The notes: generated from the sequence alone by a model not told the origin. A DNA stretch of 64,000 bases from Ruminococcus flavefaciens (GCA_023663905.1 JAMPGO010000001.1:452601-516600); one strand, 5' to 3'. Positions 38,156-48,355 are shown, numbered from the stretch's first letter. Program-made: numbers and translations.

Positions 38156-39245
38156 AGTATTTTATCGTGAGTATATACATAATGTCGTCGTTGGAATAAG
38201 TAACCTCTTCGCTGTCAACAAAATTCCATATATCGCCGTTAACGAACAGACGTTCAACAGCTTCGTTATAGGAATTTTTATCGGCGAACATAATTTCCAC
38301 CTCGCCTGCCTGCGCATAGTTTCTGAGTATAGCGGAAATGCCCTCGTCACTGTAATAGGCAAGATAAGTACCGTTGCGGACGAAATAGTTGTTGTCCATA
38401 GAGTAGCACTGCGGTACAAAAAGCAGGTCGTCATCGGCAAATCTCGTCCTGAAAAGGCACTCGTCGTTGATAAGGCAATAGGTATGGAGAAGCGTTTCGG
38501 TTCTGCCCTGCTCGGGAACAGGGTCATCCCACGTAACGTCAATCCAGTAATACTTGCCGTTCAGCAGAACGTAATTCCAGGCGTGGCGACCCTGCGTGCT
38601 GTTGCCTCTGCAAATACCGCCCTCAATGCCGAGACGGTTCATAATGTACTGGAACGCTTCCGCATAGCCCTGACAAATCGCACTTCCCTGCACGAGACAG
38701 CCGTAAGCGGTACACCACAAGCCCTTGTCGTCGGTCTCCGCACCTGCCGTATCGTAAGTCGTGTTGTTAATGATATAGTCGTGAACGAAAACAACCTTGC
38801 CGTAGTCGTCAAGTCCCTGCGGAATCTGATTCACCAGTCTGTCGGCGCATTCAATAAGCTCGGCATACATAGATTCAAGCTCTGCGGAGGAATAATTATC
38901 CGTAACGTTAATGCGGATTTCGGATTTTACGGCGGAAGTCGTAAGCGTGTAGCCGTTTATCCAGAAAAACTCGGGATGCTCCTGCCGTATCCGCTCTATT
39001 GTCCTGCTGACCGTATCGCTGTCGATTTCACGGCTGTATGTTGAAATCATCTCCATATTTTCAAGCGAATCAACAATACCGCCGTAAAGCTCATCTTCGG
39101 GAACGTCCGCAGTATTCACGGTTGTTTCAATAATAACAGGCTCGCTGAAGCCAAGCTGTGCAAGCTCATCCTCACACCCTGTCAGCAGTATCAGCGAGAG
39201 AATCAGGACGGACTTTTTTAATATATTCAACTTTTGTCTCCTCAA
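38154..39245 (-). CDS. Transglutaminase-like (papain-fold) lipoprotein
   Basis: Lipobox LTGC; triad ICQGYA, HAWN, DVTWD. Confidence 0.85.
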   Translation of the reverse strand: MRRQKLNILKKSVLILSLILLTGCEDELAQLGFSEPVIIETTVNTADVPEDELYGGIVDSLENMEMISTYSREIDSDTVSRTIERIRQEHPEFFWINGYTLTTSAVKSEIRINVTDNYSSAELESMYAELIECADRLVNQIPQGLDDYGKVVFVHDYIINNTTYDTAGAETDDKGLWCTAYGCLVQGSAICQGYAEAFQYIMNRLGIEGGICRGNSTQGRHAWNYVLLNGKYYWIDVTWDDPVPEQGRTETLLHTYCLINDECLFRTRFADDDLLFVPQCYSMDNNYFVRNGTYLAYYSDEGISAILRNYAQAGEVEIMFADKNSYNEAVERLFVNGDIWNFVDSEEVTYSNDDIMYILTIKY

Positions 39246-40318
39246 AATATTATATCGACAGAAAACATATCGTCATAGCGGTAATACGTCAGCGATGAAT
39301 GCCCTACACCGTCCGCCTTTCTGATTACTGCGTCGCTGAAAAGAGCGTACAGTGCGGTTTTGTAGCTCTCGAAATCGGCGAACATAATCTCGCACCGACC
39401 GTCCTGCACCTTGTCTGCAATGTACGAGAGAACGGCTTCTTCGTCGTATTCGGTAAAATAACCGCCGTTCACGACAAAATAATTGTCCGCAAGCGAATCG
39501 CACTCGGGAAGATTTCCCTGTAGCACGTCAAAATTTCTCGTTCGCAGAAGCATTTCTTCATTGAAGAGAAAAAACGTGTGCTGTGGCGGAGTATTCTCGT
39601 TATCGTCCCACGTCAGGTCAATCCAGTAGTATTCGCCGTTAACATTGACATAATTCCAAGCGTGATTTGAACCCGTACATATTCCGCACTCAATGCCTAT
39701 GCGGTTCATTATGTACTGGAATGCCTCCGCATAGCCCTCGCACACCGCACTGCCCTGCACAAGACAGCCGTAGGAAGTACCCGCAAGCTTCGTCGAATCC
39801 GCTTCCGCAGCCTCTTTATCATAAACCGTATGTTCGATTATGTAGTCGTGTACGTAGAGAATCTTCTCGTAGTCGCTTCCGTCGGGAATCCCTGCTATAA
39901 GCTCATCTCCTGCGGAAACAAGCTCGTCGTACATCACGGGAACGTCATCCCATTCAAACCACTCGGGGCGACCGAGCGAAATTTCCGAGCCGTCCGTTAC
40001 CGTTGCGGCATAGTAAGTCTTGCCTGTCCAGAAAATCTCGGGATAGTCCGTGCTTAACTGCGACAGCGCCTTTTCAACATCCCTGTTCTTCACCCTGTCG
40101 TCAACGATACAGGTGGTTTTGAATTCCATAAGCTGTGAACACATATCAGCATACCAGTCGCTTCCGTGCAGTTCCTCCGCCGTGCATTCAACATCGGGCT
40201 TGTTGCGTGATACAGGCGCAACAGGAGCTTCAATCTCGTATGTCTCGGAAGGAATATAACATCCCGTCAGCGTGAGGACTGCAAGCAGGGCGACCGATTT
40301 TTTCAATATGTCCCTCAT
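39242..40318 (-). CDS. Transglutaminase-like lipoprotein (paralog)
   Basis: Lipobox LTGC; VCEGYA, HAWN, DLTWD. Confidence 0.85.
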   Translation of the reverse strand: MRDILKKSVALLAVLTLTGCYIPSETYEIEAPVAPVSRNKPDVECTAEELHGSDWYADMCSQLMEFKTTCIVDDRVKNRDVEKALSQLSTDYPEIFWTGKTYYAATVTDGSEISLGRPEWFEWDDVPVMYDELVSAGDELIAGIPDGSDYEKILYVHDYIIEHTVYDKEAAEADSTKLAGTSYGCLVQGSAVCEGYAEAFQYIMNRIGIECGICTGSNHAWNYVNVNGEYYWIDLTWDDNENTPPQHTFFLFNEEMLLRTRNFDVLQGNLPECDSLADNYFVVNGGYFTEYDEEAVLSYIADKVQDGRCEIMFADFESYKTALYALFSDAVIRKADGVGHSSLTYYRYDDMFSVDIIF

Positions 40319-41271
40319 CAGAGATTCAGGCTGTTAAAGCTGTCGTCAAGAATAGTGGCAGACGATTTGAATTTTGCCATTTCCTCTTCGGTAAGCGAAA
40401 GCTCAAGAATCTCTTTTACGCCGTTTCTGCCGATAATACACGGAACGCCGATAAATACGTTCTTGCTGTCGTACTCACCGCAGAGCTTGGCAGAGACGGT
40501 AACAACGCTGTTTTCGTCGCCGAGAATAGCCTTTACGATTCTTGTGATTGCCATTCCTATGCCGTAATAAGTCGCACGTTTTGCCTGAATAATCTTGTAT
40601 GCGGCTGTACGTACCTGCTCCTCGATTTTCTGCATATCCTCATAACGGTATTCGTTATCCTCATCGTCAAGAATTTCAGTGACGTGCTTTGTTGCAAGCA
40701 TAAGCTGAGAGAACGGTACAAACTCGCTGTCGCCGTGTTCGCCGATAACATAAGCGTGGATATTTTTCGGGTCAACGGTAAAATAATCGCCGATGAGATA
40801 GCGGAGACGTGCGGTATCGAGCGAAGTGCCTGTGCCGATAACTCTTGAAGCGCCGAAGCGTGAAAGCTCGTATGTTACTCTTGTCATAATGTCAACAGGG
40901 TTTGTTGCAACGAGAAAAATGCCATCGAATCCCGATTTTACAACAGGAGTAATAATCGAGCGGAAAACCTCTGCGTTGCGCTGGAGCAAATCGAGACGGG
41001 TTTCGCCCTCTTTCTGTGCAACACCTGCGGCGATGACGATAATATCAGCGTCCTTGCAGTCCTTGTAGTCGCCTGCATAGATTTTCATATTGGATTTTGC
41101 AAATGCAAGACCGTGATTCAAATCCATAGCCTCGCCCATTGCACGCTCCTTGTTTACATCGATAAGCACGAGTTCGTTGCAGATTCCGCCCTGATTAACG
41201 AGCGCATAAGCAAAGCTCATACCTACCATACCTGTACCTATGAGAACGACCTTTCTTTTATCAGTATTCAT
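40318..41271 (-). CDS. ldh: L-lactate dehydrogenase
   Basis: GTGMVG, AGVAQKEGETRLDL (Gln specificity residue), NPVD, LDTAR, GEHGDS. Confidence 0.95.
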   Translation of the reverse strand: MNTDKRKVVLIGTGMVGMSFAYALVNQGGICNELVLIDVNKERAMGEAMDLNHGLAFAKSNMKIYAGDYKDCKDADIIVIAAGVAQKEGETRLDLLQRNAEVFRSIITPVVKSGFDGIFLVATNPVDIMTRVTYELSRFGASRVIGTGTSLDTARLRYLIGDYFTVDPKNIHAYVIGEHGDSEFVPFSQLMLATKHVTEILDDEDNEYRYEDMQKIEEQVRTAAYKIIQAKRATYYGIGMAITRIVKAILGDENSVVTVSAKLCGEYDSKNVFIGVPCIIGRNGVKEILELSLTEEEMAKFKSSATILDDSFNSLNL

Positions 41272-41301
41272 ATTTAATCAATCCTTTCAGATAATATAAT
41301 G

Positions 41302-41835
41302 CTATATTTCGGCGATATACGGCAGATTTCTGTAGTATTCGTCATAATCCAGACCATAGCCGACAACGAAGCTGTCAGGAATGGTAAACATTGAGTAATC
41401 CGCCTGAATATCGGCTTCACGTCTGTCGGGCTTGTCGAGAAGCGTTATTATTTCAAGCGACAGCGGATTTCTTTTCCTGAGAATATCGGCGACAGCCCTG
41501 AGCGTGCAACCTGTATCAATAATATCTTCGGCAATTACAACGTGATATGCTGAAATATCCTGCTGTAAATCAAGGGTAATATTAATCTCGCCTGTCGATT
41601 CAGTTCCGCTGTAACTCTGCACCGCCATAAAGCCGAAGCGGCACGGAATTGTTACGGTCTTAGCCAAATCGCCGAGAAAAACGAATGAGCCTTTGAGGAT
41701 TCCGACAATCAGCAGAGGCTTGCCGTCATATTTTCGGTCAATATATTCCCCGACCCTGACAAGCTCCGCAGAAATCCTTTCCTGAGAAATCAGAACATTC
41801 TTTATGCTGTATTTATTGCAGTCCATATCACACAT
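41302..41835 (-). CDS. hpt: Hypoxanthine phosphoribosyltransferase
   Basis: GILKG, EDIIDTG.TL, LLDKP, FVVGYGLD. Start may be 41826; promoter TTGACA-17-TATAAT at 41879-41851. Confidence 0.95.
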   Translation of the reverse strand: MCDMDCNKYSIKNVLISQERISAELVRVGEYIDRKYDGKPLLIVGILKGSFVFLGDLAKTVTIPCRFGFMAVQSYSGTESTGEINITLDLQQDISAYHVVIAEDIIDTGCTLRAVADILRKRNPLSLEIITLLDKPDRREADIQADYSMFTIPDSFVVGYGLDYDEYYRNLPYIAEI

Positions 41836-41957
41836 CCCGTTTTTTTAATAATTATACCATTATCTGCACCGCTTGTCAAGTATATATGTCTGAAAAACAG
41901 TGCAAAAAAACGGTTTTTTACGGTATTATTTTCCGCAGACGTATGCTATAATAATAT

Positions 41958-42182
41958 CAGGTTAAGGGAAGAGAAAACCCTATATAAAATGCTTTCCTCA
42001 CAGGTATCTGCACAATAGCCTGTGAGGGCAAGCACAGAACCGCAAAAAGACAACATCGGATATATCACGGGGGACGATTAATAACGGGTGCTGTCTTTAA
42101 TGAAATCTTCTGTCTGCCTCTCCTTTACAGACTTAATAAATAATAAAAATAACCCATTGCCTTTCAGGAATGGGATATTTTT
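41958..42182 (+). ncRNA. Candidate structured small RNA (family not recognised)
   Basis: Extended -10 TGCTATAAT at 41944-41952, no ORF downstream, consecutive hairpins, terminator-like stem at ~42149-42182. Confidence 0.45.
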
Positions 42183-43272
42183 ATATCTGCTCGCCGTACT
42201 GCTTTTTCGGGAACAGCAGTGAAAATTCCGCACCCTTGTCAACCTCGCCGTACGCTTCAACTTTTCCGCCGTGACGTTCCATAATACGGTTGACCAGCGC
42301 AAGCCCTACTCCGCTTCCCTCAAATTCCTCTTCGGAATGAAGTCTCTGGAATACCTGAAACAGCTTGTTTGCATAAGTCATATCAAATCCCGAGCCGTTG
42401 TCCTTGATTTTAATAACATTGTAAGTATTATTGACAGAACCCGAGACTTCGATTACAGCCTTTTTGCGCTTCGACGTATACTTGATAGCATTGCCGAGCA
42501 GATTTTTCATCATAATTCTAATAAGAACCTCGTCGCCGTCAACCGTCGGCAAATCACCGCAGATAAACTCAATATCACGCTCCGCTTCAAGTCCGTGCAG
42601 TTCCCTGAACGTCTCGGCAGTAATTTCCCTTATGTCAACAGGCTTCATCTTCGGCTTTACGTTGCACATCTTGGAAAATTCAAAAAGCCGTTCAATCATA
42701 ATGCGGGTCTGCGTTGCCTTTGAGACAATCATTCCCATTATATCATAAATGCCCTGCTCCTGATTTTCGCCGAGTTCACTGCGGAGCATTTCAATCAGCA
42801 TATTTATTATATTGAACGGAGCTTTCAGGTCGTGAGAGACAGCCGAGCAGAACATCGTAAGCTCATTATTTGCGTTGGTAAGGTCACGTTGTTGCAATGC
42901 TATCTGCAAGTGAGTCCTGATTCTTGCAAGGTACTCTTCCTTGATAAACGGCTTCTTGACGTAATCACAGCCACCCAGCTCAAAACTTCGGCTTATTATC
43001 TCGGGGCTTGTTTCGGAAGTAAGGAAAATAATCGGGACTGCGCTCGTCTTTGGATTAGCCTTTATCATACGGCATATTTCAAGTCCGTTGGTGTCGCCGA
43101 GCTGAATATCGAGAAGTATAAGGTCGGGAATCCTGCCCTCAAGAAAACGCATAACACCCTTTCCGCTTGTCGTGGCAAAAACCCTGTAGCCTTCCGCCCT
43201 CAGAAGCGTGCCTGAATACGCTATCTGGTCAGGCATATCGTCAACAATAAGAATTTCCGCATAATCTGCCAT
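42181..43272 (-). CDS. Hybrid REC-HisKA-HATPase kinase
   Basis: IVDD, LLDIQL, SHDLKAP, NLLGNAIKY, DNGSGF, GSGVGL. Confidence 0.92.
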   Translation of the reverse strand: MADYAEILIVDDMPDQIAYSGTLLRAEGYRVFATTSGKGVMRFLEGRIPDLILLDIQLGDTNGLEICRMIKANPKTSAVPIIFLTSETSPEIISRSFELGGCDYVKKPFIKEEYLARIRTHLQIALQQRDLTNANNELTMFCSAVSHDLKAPFNIINMLIEMLRSELGENQEQGIYDIMGMIVSKATQTRIMIERLFEFSKMCNVKPKMKPVDIREITAETFRELHGLEAERDIEFICGDLPTVDGDEVLIRIMMKNLLGNAIKYTSKRKKAVIEVSGSVNNTYNVIKIKDNGSGFDMTYANKLFQVFQRLHSEEEFEGSGVGLALVNRIMERHGGKVEAYGEVDKGAEFSLLFPKKQYGEQI

Positions 43273-44036
43273 TAAAAATCACCCGACTTGTATTTTGACG
43301 GCGTTACGCCTGTTATCTCCTTGAATATCTTGGTAAAATAATCAACGGAAGAATAACCCAGCATATCGCTTATTTCGTATGTTTTATAGTTGCCCGTCCT
43401 GATAAGCTCAACAGCATAGCCGATTTTCAGCTTCGAGTGGAAATCGTGGAATGTTATGCCGAAATGGTGCTTGAAGAGCTTGCTGAAATAGTCCTTGCTG
43501 TAGCCCTGTGCGTCCGCAATGTCATCGACGGTGAACGGCTCTGTGTAATGCTCCGAACAGTATACCGAGACCTGATTCACGAAGTTATCCTCGTCCGCCG
43601 TAATATCAAGCCTGCCGATTATATCCGCCACAACAGGTGCGATTTTATTTTTGTCGCTGAGTTCGTCTATGCGGTCTTTTGCACGGTTAAGAACCTCCGC
43701 AAGCTTTTTCTGCTCAACAGGCTTGAGAAGATAATCGAACGCACCTAATATAAGTCCCTGCCGTGCGTACTCAAATTCATCGTACGAGCTTGCAAAGACA
43801 ACGGGAATGGTATTTCCCATATCGTTCAGCTTCCTGAGCAGTTCGATACCGTCAATAAACGGCATACGTATATCGGTAAAAATAAGGTCAAAGGACTGGT
43901 TCTCCAGTATTTCAAGTGCGTGCTTGCCGTTGGTGGCTTCGGCGGAAATCCTGAACCCGCATTCCGACCACGTTTTCATCTTGGAATAAATAAAGCGCAG
44001 TGCCGTATCGTCCTCAACCAGAAGTACGTTGTACAA
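43272..44036 (-). CDS. Response regulator REC + AraC HTH
   Basis: TTG start; LVEDD, FTDIRMP, DYLLKP; YFSKLFK...GY.SVDYFTKIFK..TG.TP. Confidence 0.92.
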   Translation of the reverse strand: MYNVLLVEDDTALRFIYSKMKTWSECGFRISAEATNGKHALEILENQSFDLIFTDIRMPFIDGIELLRKLNDMGNTIPVVFASSYDEFEYARQGLILGAFDYLLKPVEQKKLAEVLNRAKDRIDELSDKNKIAPVVADIIGRLDITADEDNFVNQVSVYCSEHYTEPFTVDDIADAQGYSKDYFSKLFKHHFGITFHDFHSKLKIGYAVELIRTGNYKTYEISDMLGYSSVDYFTKIFKEITGVTPSKYKSGDF

Positions 44037-44038
44037 AT

Positions 44039-44971
44039 CTATCCCTCCTCCTGCATATTATCTGAAATCCAGAGGAAATCGTAATTAAGAACAGCTTTTT
44101 TCAGCCGTCTGAACTCCTCCGTACTCATATTGTCCATAAACAACTGCGTATTTTCGGTAAAAACATCGACGGCGGAAATATCAAATTCACCCGACAGTAC
44201 AAGAAAATTTTTCCATACCTGATTCCAGTCGGATTTATATTCGTCCACTGTGTATTTCTCCGCAAGGCTGTCACGGTATTCTTTGAGCGTACTGACAGTG
44301 AGATTCCATATTTCAATGAATTCATCAAGGCTGTCGGAGCGCTCCTGTTTAAGCTCACTGCTGAGAGTGCAGGAAATCCTGTAGAGCTTTTTGCAGAACA
44401 TATTTCCCGAAATACCCTTGATGTTGTGGAGTATTCCTCTTGCGCCGATAAAATTACGGCTTCTGATGTCCTCTTCCAGCATTGCGCAGTCCCTTTTGTG
44501 AACGCTGAGGAACTGCTTTAAAATACGCAGAACCGCCTTTTCGTCCTTCATTACCGTGATAAGCTCGCTGTAATCAAAGACAGTATCGGAAATATCCGAA
44601 CCGCTGTCAGCCGTCACAGCGCTATTGTATCTGCTGAGAAATTCCCTCAGCTCGTCAATCTGCAAGGGCTTCAGCAAAAATCCGCTCATACCGCTTTCGG
44701 TAAATCTGCTGTCGCCCTCGGAAATATTATCCGCAGACAGCGCAATCACAGGAACGGATTTATTTTTTGCCCTGATATTTCCGCAAGCCTCATAGCCGTC
44801 CATTCCGGGCATATTTATATCCATAAAGATTATGTCAAAATCCTGCACTTCCGCAAGCTCAACGGCAGATTCTCCGCTGTCAGCCGTCGTCACATCGAGG
44901 TCACAGCTTTCAAGCATAAGCTTCTGTATTTCAAGATTTATTTCGTTGTCGTCAACAAGTAAAACTTTTAT
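44039..44971 (-). CDS. REC + Hpt phosphotransfer protein; probable ATA start
   Basis: The frame extends upstream to (I)KVLLVDDNEINLEI; FMDINMP; Hpt motif HNIKGISGN. Confidence 0.85.
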   Translation of the reverse strand: MKVLLVDDNEINLEIQKLMLESCDLDVTTADSGESAVELAEVQDFDIIFMDINMPGMDGYEACGNIRAKNKSVPVIALSADNISEGDSRFTESGMSGFLLKPLQIDELREFLSRYNSAVTADSGSDISDTVFDYSELITVMKDEKAVLRILKQFLSVHKRDCAMLEEDIRSRNFIGARGILHNIKGISGNMFCKKLYRISCTLSSELKQERSDSLDEFIEIWNLTVSTLKEYRDSLAEKYTVDEYKSDWNQVWKNFLVLSGEFDISAVDVFTENTQLFMDNMSTEEFRRLKKAVLNYDFLWISDNMQEEG

Positions 44972-44995
44972 ATAAATCCCTCCTCCTGCGGATTT

Positions 44996-47900
44996 TTACA
45001 GCCACTTTTTGAGTGCCTTGAGAAGCTGTGCAAAATCGAGCGGTTTGGCAATATGCTCATTCATACCCGCATTCTTCGCCATAGTAACATCTTCGGCAAA
45101 GGCATTTGCGGTCATTGCTATAATCGGCACGGATTTGGGATAATCGCCCGACAGCGCACGTATAGCACGGGCGGCTTCATAGCCGTTCATCACAGGCATC
45201 TGAATATCCATAAAAATCACATCAAAATAGCCGTCCTCAACGCTCGAAATTATGTCAACCGCCTGCTTGCCGTCCGTAGCAAATTCAACTTCAAGCCCTG
45301 CCATATCAAGTATCTCTCCTGCAATCTCGGCATTAAGCTCGTTGTCCTCAACAAGCAATGCACGACGGCTGGTGAAATTCTCTTCGGCAAAAGCGTCAAG
45401 CTCGGAAACAGCCTGCGGTTCATCCTCATCGCCGATAAGCTCGTTGAACAGATGTACCATTCGTGACTTGAACAGCGGTTTTGATATAAACGCATTCGCT
45501 CCTGCGGCACGTGCTTCAAGCTCGATGTCCGTCCAGTCATAAGCCGATACAATGATAATCGGCACTTCCTTTGCAACTCTCTTGCGGATTTCCCTGACCG
45601 TCTCAACGCCGTCCATTTCGGGCATTTTCCAGTCGAGAATAATGGCAAAGAAGTCGTCGCCGTTCCTGTTATGCTCAACAGTGCGCTCAACGGCTTCACG
45701 TCCTGTGAGTACCCATTCGCCGTTCATACCCATTTCCGCAAGCATTTCACAGGCATATATACAGCAGGTTTCGTCGTCGTCGGCAACAAGCACGGGAAGA
45801 TTTATAAACTTCTCGTAGTCAATCTTCTCCTCCTGATTCCTGAGCTTGAGGAAGAACGTAACAGTCATCTTTGTACCCTCGTTAATACGGCTCTCGACTT
45901 TTATATCGCCGTTCATCATCTGTACGATATTCTTAGTGATTGACATTCCCAGACCCGTACCCTGTATGCTGTCAATGCGCATATCATTCTTAGCCCTTGC
46001 AAACGGCTCGAATACGTGCTTCAGGAAATCCTCGCTCATACCTATGCCGTTATCTTCAAAAATAAACTCATAACATCCGATTTTCGGCTTGTTGGTGGAC
46101 TTTTCAGAGATAGTAAGCCTTATATCACCGCCTACAGGAGTATACTTGATAGCGTTGCTCATAATATTCATAAAGACCTGCTGAATACGCTGGCTGTCGC
46201 CGATAACGTTTTCGTGGTCGATATTCTTGATAGATACGGACAGCTTATGCTTCTTCGCATTCACTTCCGACTTGGACATAGTAAGCAGGTTATCAATAAG
46301 CTCGGGCAGATTAAATTCATCTTCCTGAAGCTCCATTTTGCCCGACTCGATTTTAGACATATCAAGCACTTCGTTGATTATGCCGAGCAGGTGCTTTGAC
46401 GAAACGGTAATCTTTGACAGGCAGTCTGCAAGGCGCTCCTTGTCGTCCATATGAGTACCCGCAATAGCCGTAAGACCGATTATAGCGTTCATCGGAGTGC
46501 GTATATCGTGGCTCATATTTGCGAGGAAGTCGGTTTTTGCGGAGCTTGCCATATTAGCAGCCTCATAAGCCGCTTTAAGTGCCGCCTGCTGTGCAAGTTC
46601 AGCGGTTTTCTGTCCGTTGATAACATTTCCCGCAAGTATAACGGCAGTAGCCTCGCCCTCTTCATTTCTTGCGGAAACGACAATATTAGCCCTGAACCAG
46701 CCCAGATTCTTACGGCGAAATTCAAACATAAGATAGTCCGTATCGGCAAGGCGCTCTCTTATATTCTTGGGATTAAAATAGCGTGCGACATCATCAATAT
46801 ATTCCTCTTCCACGAAATATTTGGTATATATATCAATGAAGTCAGAATACAGTCCCGTCTGCGGAATATACTCCGGAATATCATCGGGACACCTGAAAAC
46901 AGCATATTTATTCTCGCTAAGGGAAATATAATTAAGAAGCGTGTATATCTTTCCGAGCGATTCGATAATATCACGGTGCTGTTTTTCCTCGCTTCTGCTC
47001 GATGTAATATCATATATTACAAAGCTCGCATATATATGGCTGTCGATTTTGTAGAGGATAATCAGAATACGGCGGTATTTGCCCATATCGGGAATAAAAT
47101 ACTCGAACCTGATTATTGACTTGCCCTTTTCAAAGGTCTCGATTAACCCTGCACTGCTTTTCGCAAGCTCAATATCGTCGTCGTTGTACACAATTCGCTT
47201 GTCGGAAAACCACTGTTCCGCAAGCTTGTCATAAGTCAGCGGAAGAGTAAGGTCAAGCCCTTCTATGAACTTCTCACCGCTTTCGGACAGGATATATTCG
47301 TCTATGACGTTATCGTTCAGATTGACAGTAAAGAACGTCTCGCTTCCAAGTGCAAGGGCATTTCTGTACTGCACACGCTCTTCGTTAAGCTTCTTCTCCA
47401 TAAGCTCACACTCGGTAATGTCAAGCATACAGCAGAGTATGTACTTCTGACTGTTTTCAAGCTGGAGAAGGCGCACGTCGGACTGGATATTCATAATGCC
47501 GTCGTCAGTCATAACCCTGTAGGAATGCTTCACAGCGTCGCCCGGATTTTTAAGCCTGCTCTCAGCCTCAAAAACACGCTCCTTGTCCTCGTGGTGAATA
47601 CGGTTCTCCATAAATGACAGAATAGCTTCAACAGGCTCGTCGTCATCCTTACAGCTGATAAGCTTCTTCGCCTCGTCGTTTATCAGCAGAATCCTGTGTT
47701 CGGGAACAGTATAGGCAAACACTCCGCAGTTTATGGAATCAAGCATTTCCCTCTGCATATTACGGCTGTTGCGCATTTCCTCGTGGCTCTTGCAGATTTT
47801 CTCGTGTTCTTCCCTGTTGCGTATAACCGTACCCAGAAACGTACCGAGAAGCTTAAGCGATTCCTCAACGATTTTCGTGATTTCCTCGGGCGCATTGTCA

Positions 47901-48355
47901 ACGCCGATAAAGCCGATAAGCCTGTTTTCTATCATAATCGGAGCTTCAATAACGCTCCTGATATTCTGCGCTATAAGAATATTATAGACAAAAGGGTCGG
48001 CTTCCCTGATACTCTCAATATCGGGAATAATTACGCACCTGCCCTTTATGAGCGTATCAACCCAGTAATAAAGACCCTGTGCGGAAATATTCTGCAAGTT
48101 ATCGATTTCCGCCCTTACGCCCTCTGCGCACCATTCAAACGTATTGGAATAATTATCGTCAATTTCTTCAAAAATATATGCTCTCTCCGCACCGAGATAC
48201 TGACCTACACAGGCGAGGACTTCGTTTATAGCCTTTTTCAAATCTCTCTCAGAATTGAGTTTTGCAATCTGTTTGTGAATCATCTTGGAAACTTCCAGTT
48301 CCTTCAGGAGCATTGCCGTATCCTGTTGCGGGCAGTTAATAAAGTTTTCAGACAT
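44996..48355 (-). CDS. Cytoplasmic hybrid histidine kinase GAF-PAS-like-HisKA-HATPase-REC-REC
   Basis: GAF (AERAYIFE, NTFEWC, GFIGVDN), SHDIRTPMN, GTGLG, two receivers (ILDWKMP, FMDIQMP); no TM helices seen. Confidence 0.92.
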   Translation of the reverse strand: MSENFINCPQQDTAMLLKELEVSKMIHKQIAKLNSERDLKKAINEVLACVGQYLGAERAYIFEEIDDNYSNTFEWCAEGVRAEIDNLQNISAQGLYYWVDTLIKGRCVIIPDIESIREADPFVYNILIAQNIRSVIEAPIMIENRLIGFIGVDNAPEEITKIVEESLKLLGTFLGTVIRNREEHEKICKSHEEMRNSRNMQREMLDSINCGVFAYTVPEHRILLINDEAKKLISCKDDDEPVEAILSFMENRIHHEDKERVFEAESRLKNPGDAVKHSYRVMTDDGIMNIQSDVRLLQLENSQKYILCCMLDITECELMEKKLNEERVQYRNALALGSETFFTVNLNDNVIDEYILSESGEKFIEGLDLTLPLTYDKLAEQWFSDKRIVYNDDDIELAKSSAGLIETFEKGKSIIRFEYFIPDMGKYRRILIILYKIDSHIYASFVIYDITSSRSEEKQHRDIIESLGKIYTLLNYISLSENKYAVFRCPDDIPEYIPQTGLYSDFIDIYTKYFVEEEYIDDVARYFNPKNIRERLADTDYLMFEFRRKNLGWFRANIVVSARNEEGEATAVILAGNVINGQKTAELAQQAALKAAYEAANMASSAKTDFLANMSHDIRTPMNAIIGLTAIAGTHMDDKERLADCLSKITVSSKHLLGIINEVLDMSKIESGKMELQEDEFNLPELIDNLLTMSKSEVNAKKHKLSVSIKNIDHENVIGDSQRIQQVFMNIMSNAIKYTPVGGDIRLTISEKSTNKPKIGCYEFIFEDNGIGMSEDFLKHVFEPFARAKNDMRIDSIQGTGLGMSITKNIVQMMNGDIKVESRINEGTKMTVTFFLKLRNQEEKIDYEKFINLPVLVADDDETCCIYACEMLAEMGMNGEWVLTGREAVERTVEHNRNGDDFFAIILDWKMPEMDGVETVREIRKRVAKEVPIIIVSAYDWTDIELEARAAGANAFISKPLFKSRMVHLFNELIGDEDEPQAVSELDAFAEENFTSRRALLVEDNELNAEIAGEILDMAGLEVEFATDGKQAVDIISSVEDGYFDVIFMDIQMPVMNGYEAARAIRALSGDYPKSVPIIAMTANAFAEDVTMAKNAGMNEHIAKPLDFAQLLKALKKWL

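Noticed and set aside
42070-42130. Type I toxin peptide on the minus strand after AAAGGAGAGG
   Set aside because: No ATG/GTG/TTG at a suitable distance, and the short frames are not hydrophobic.
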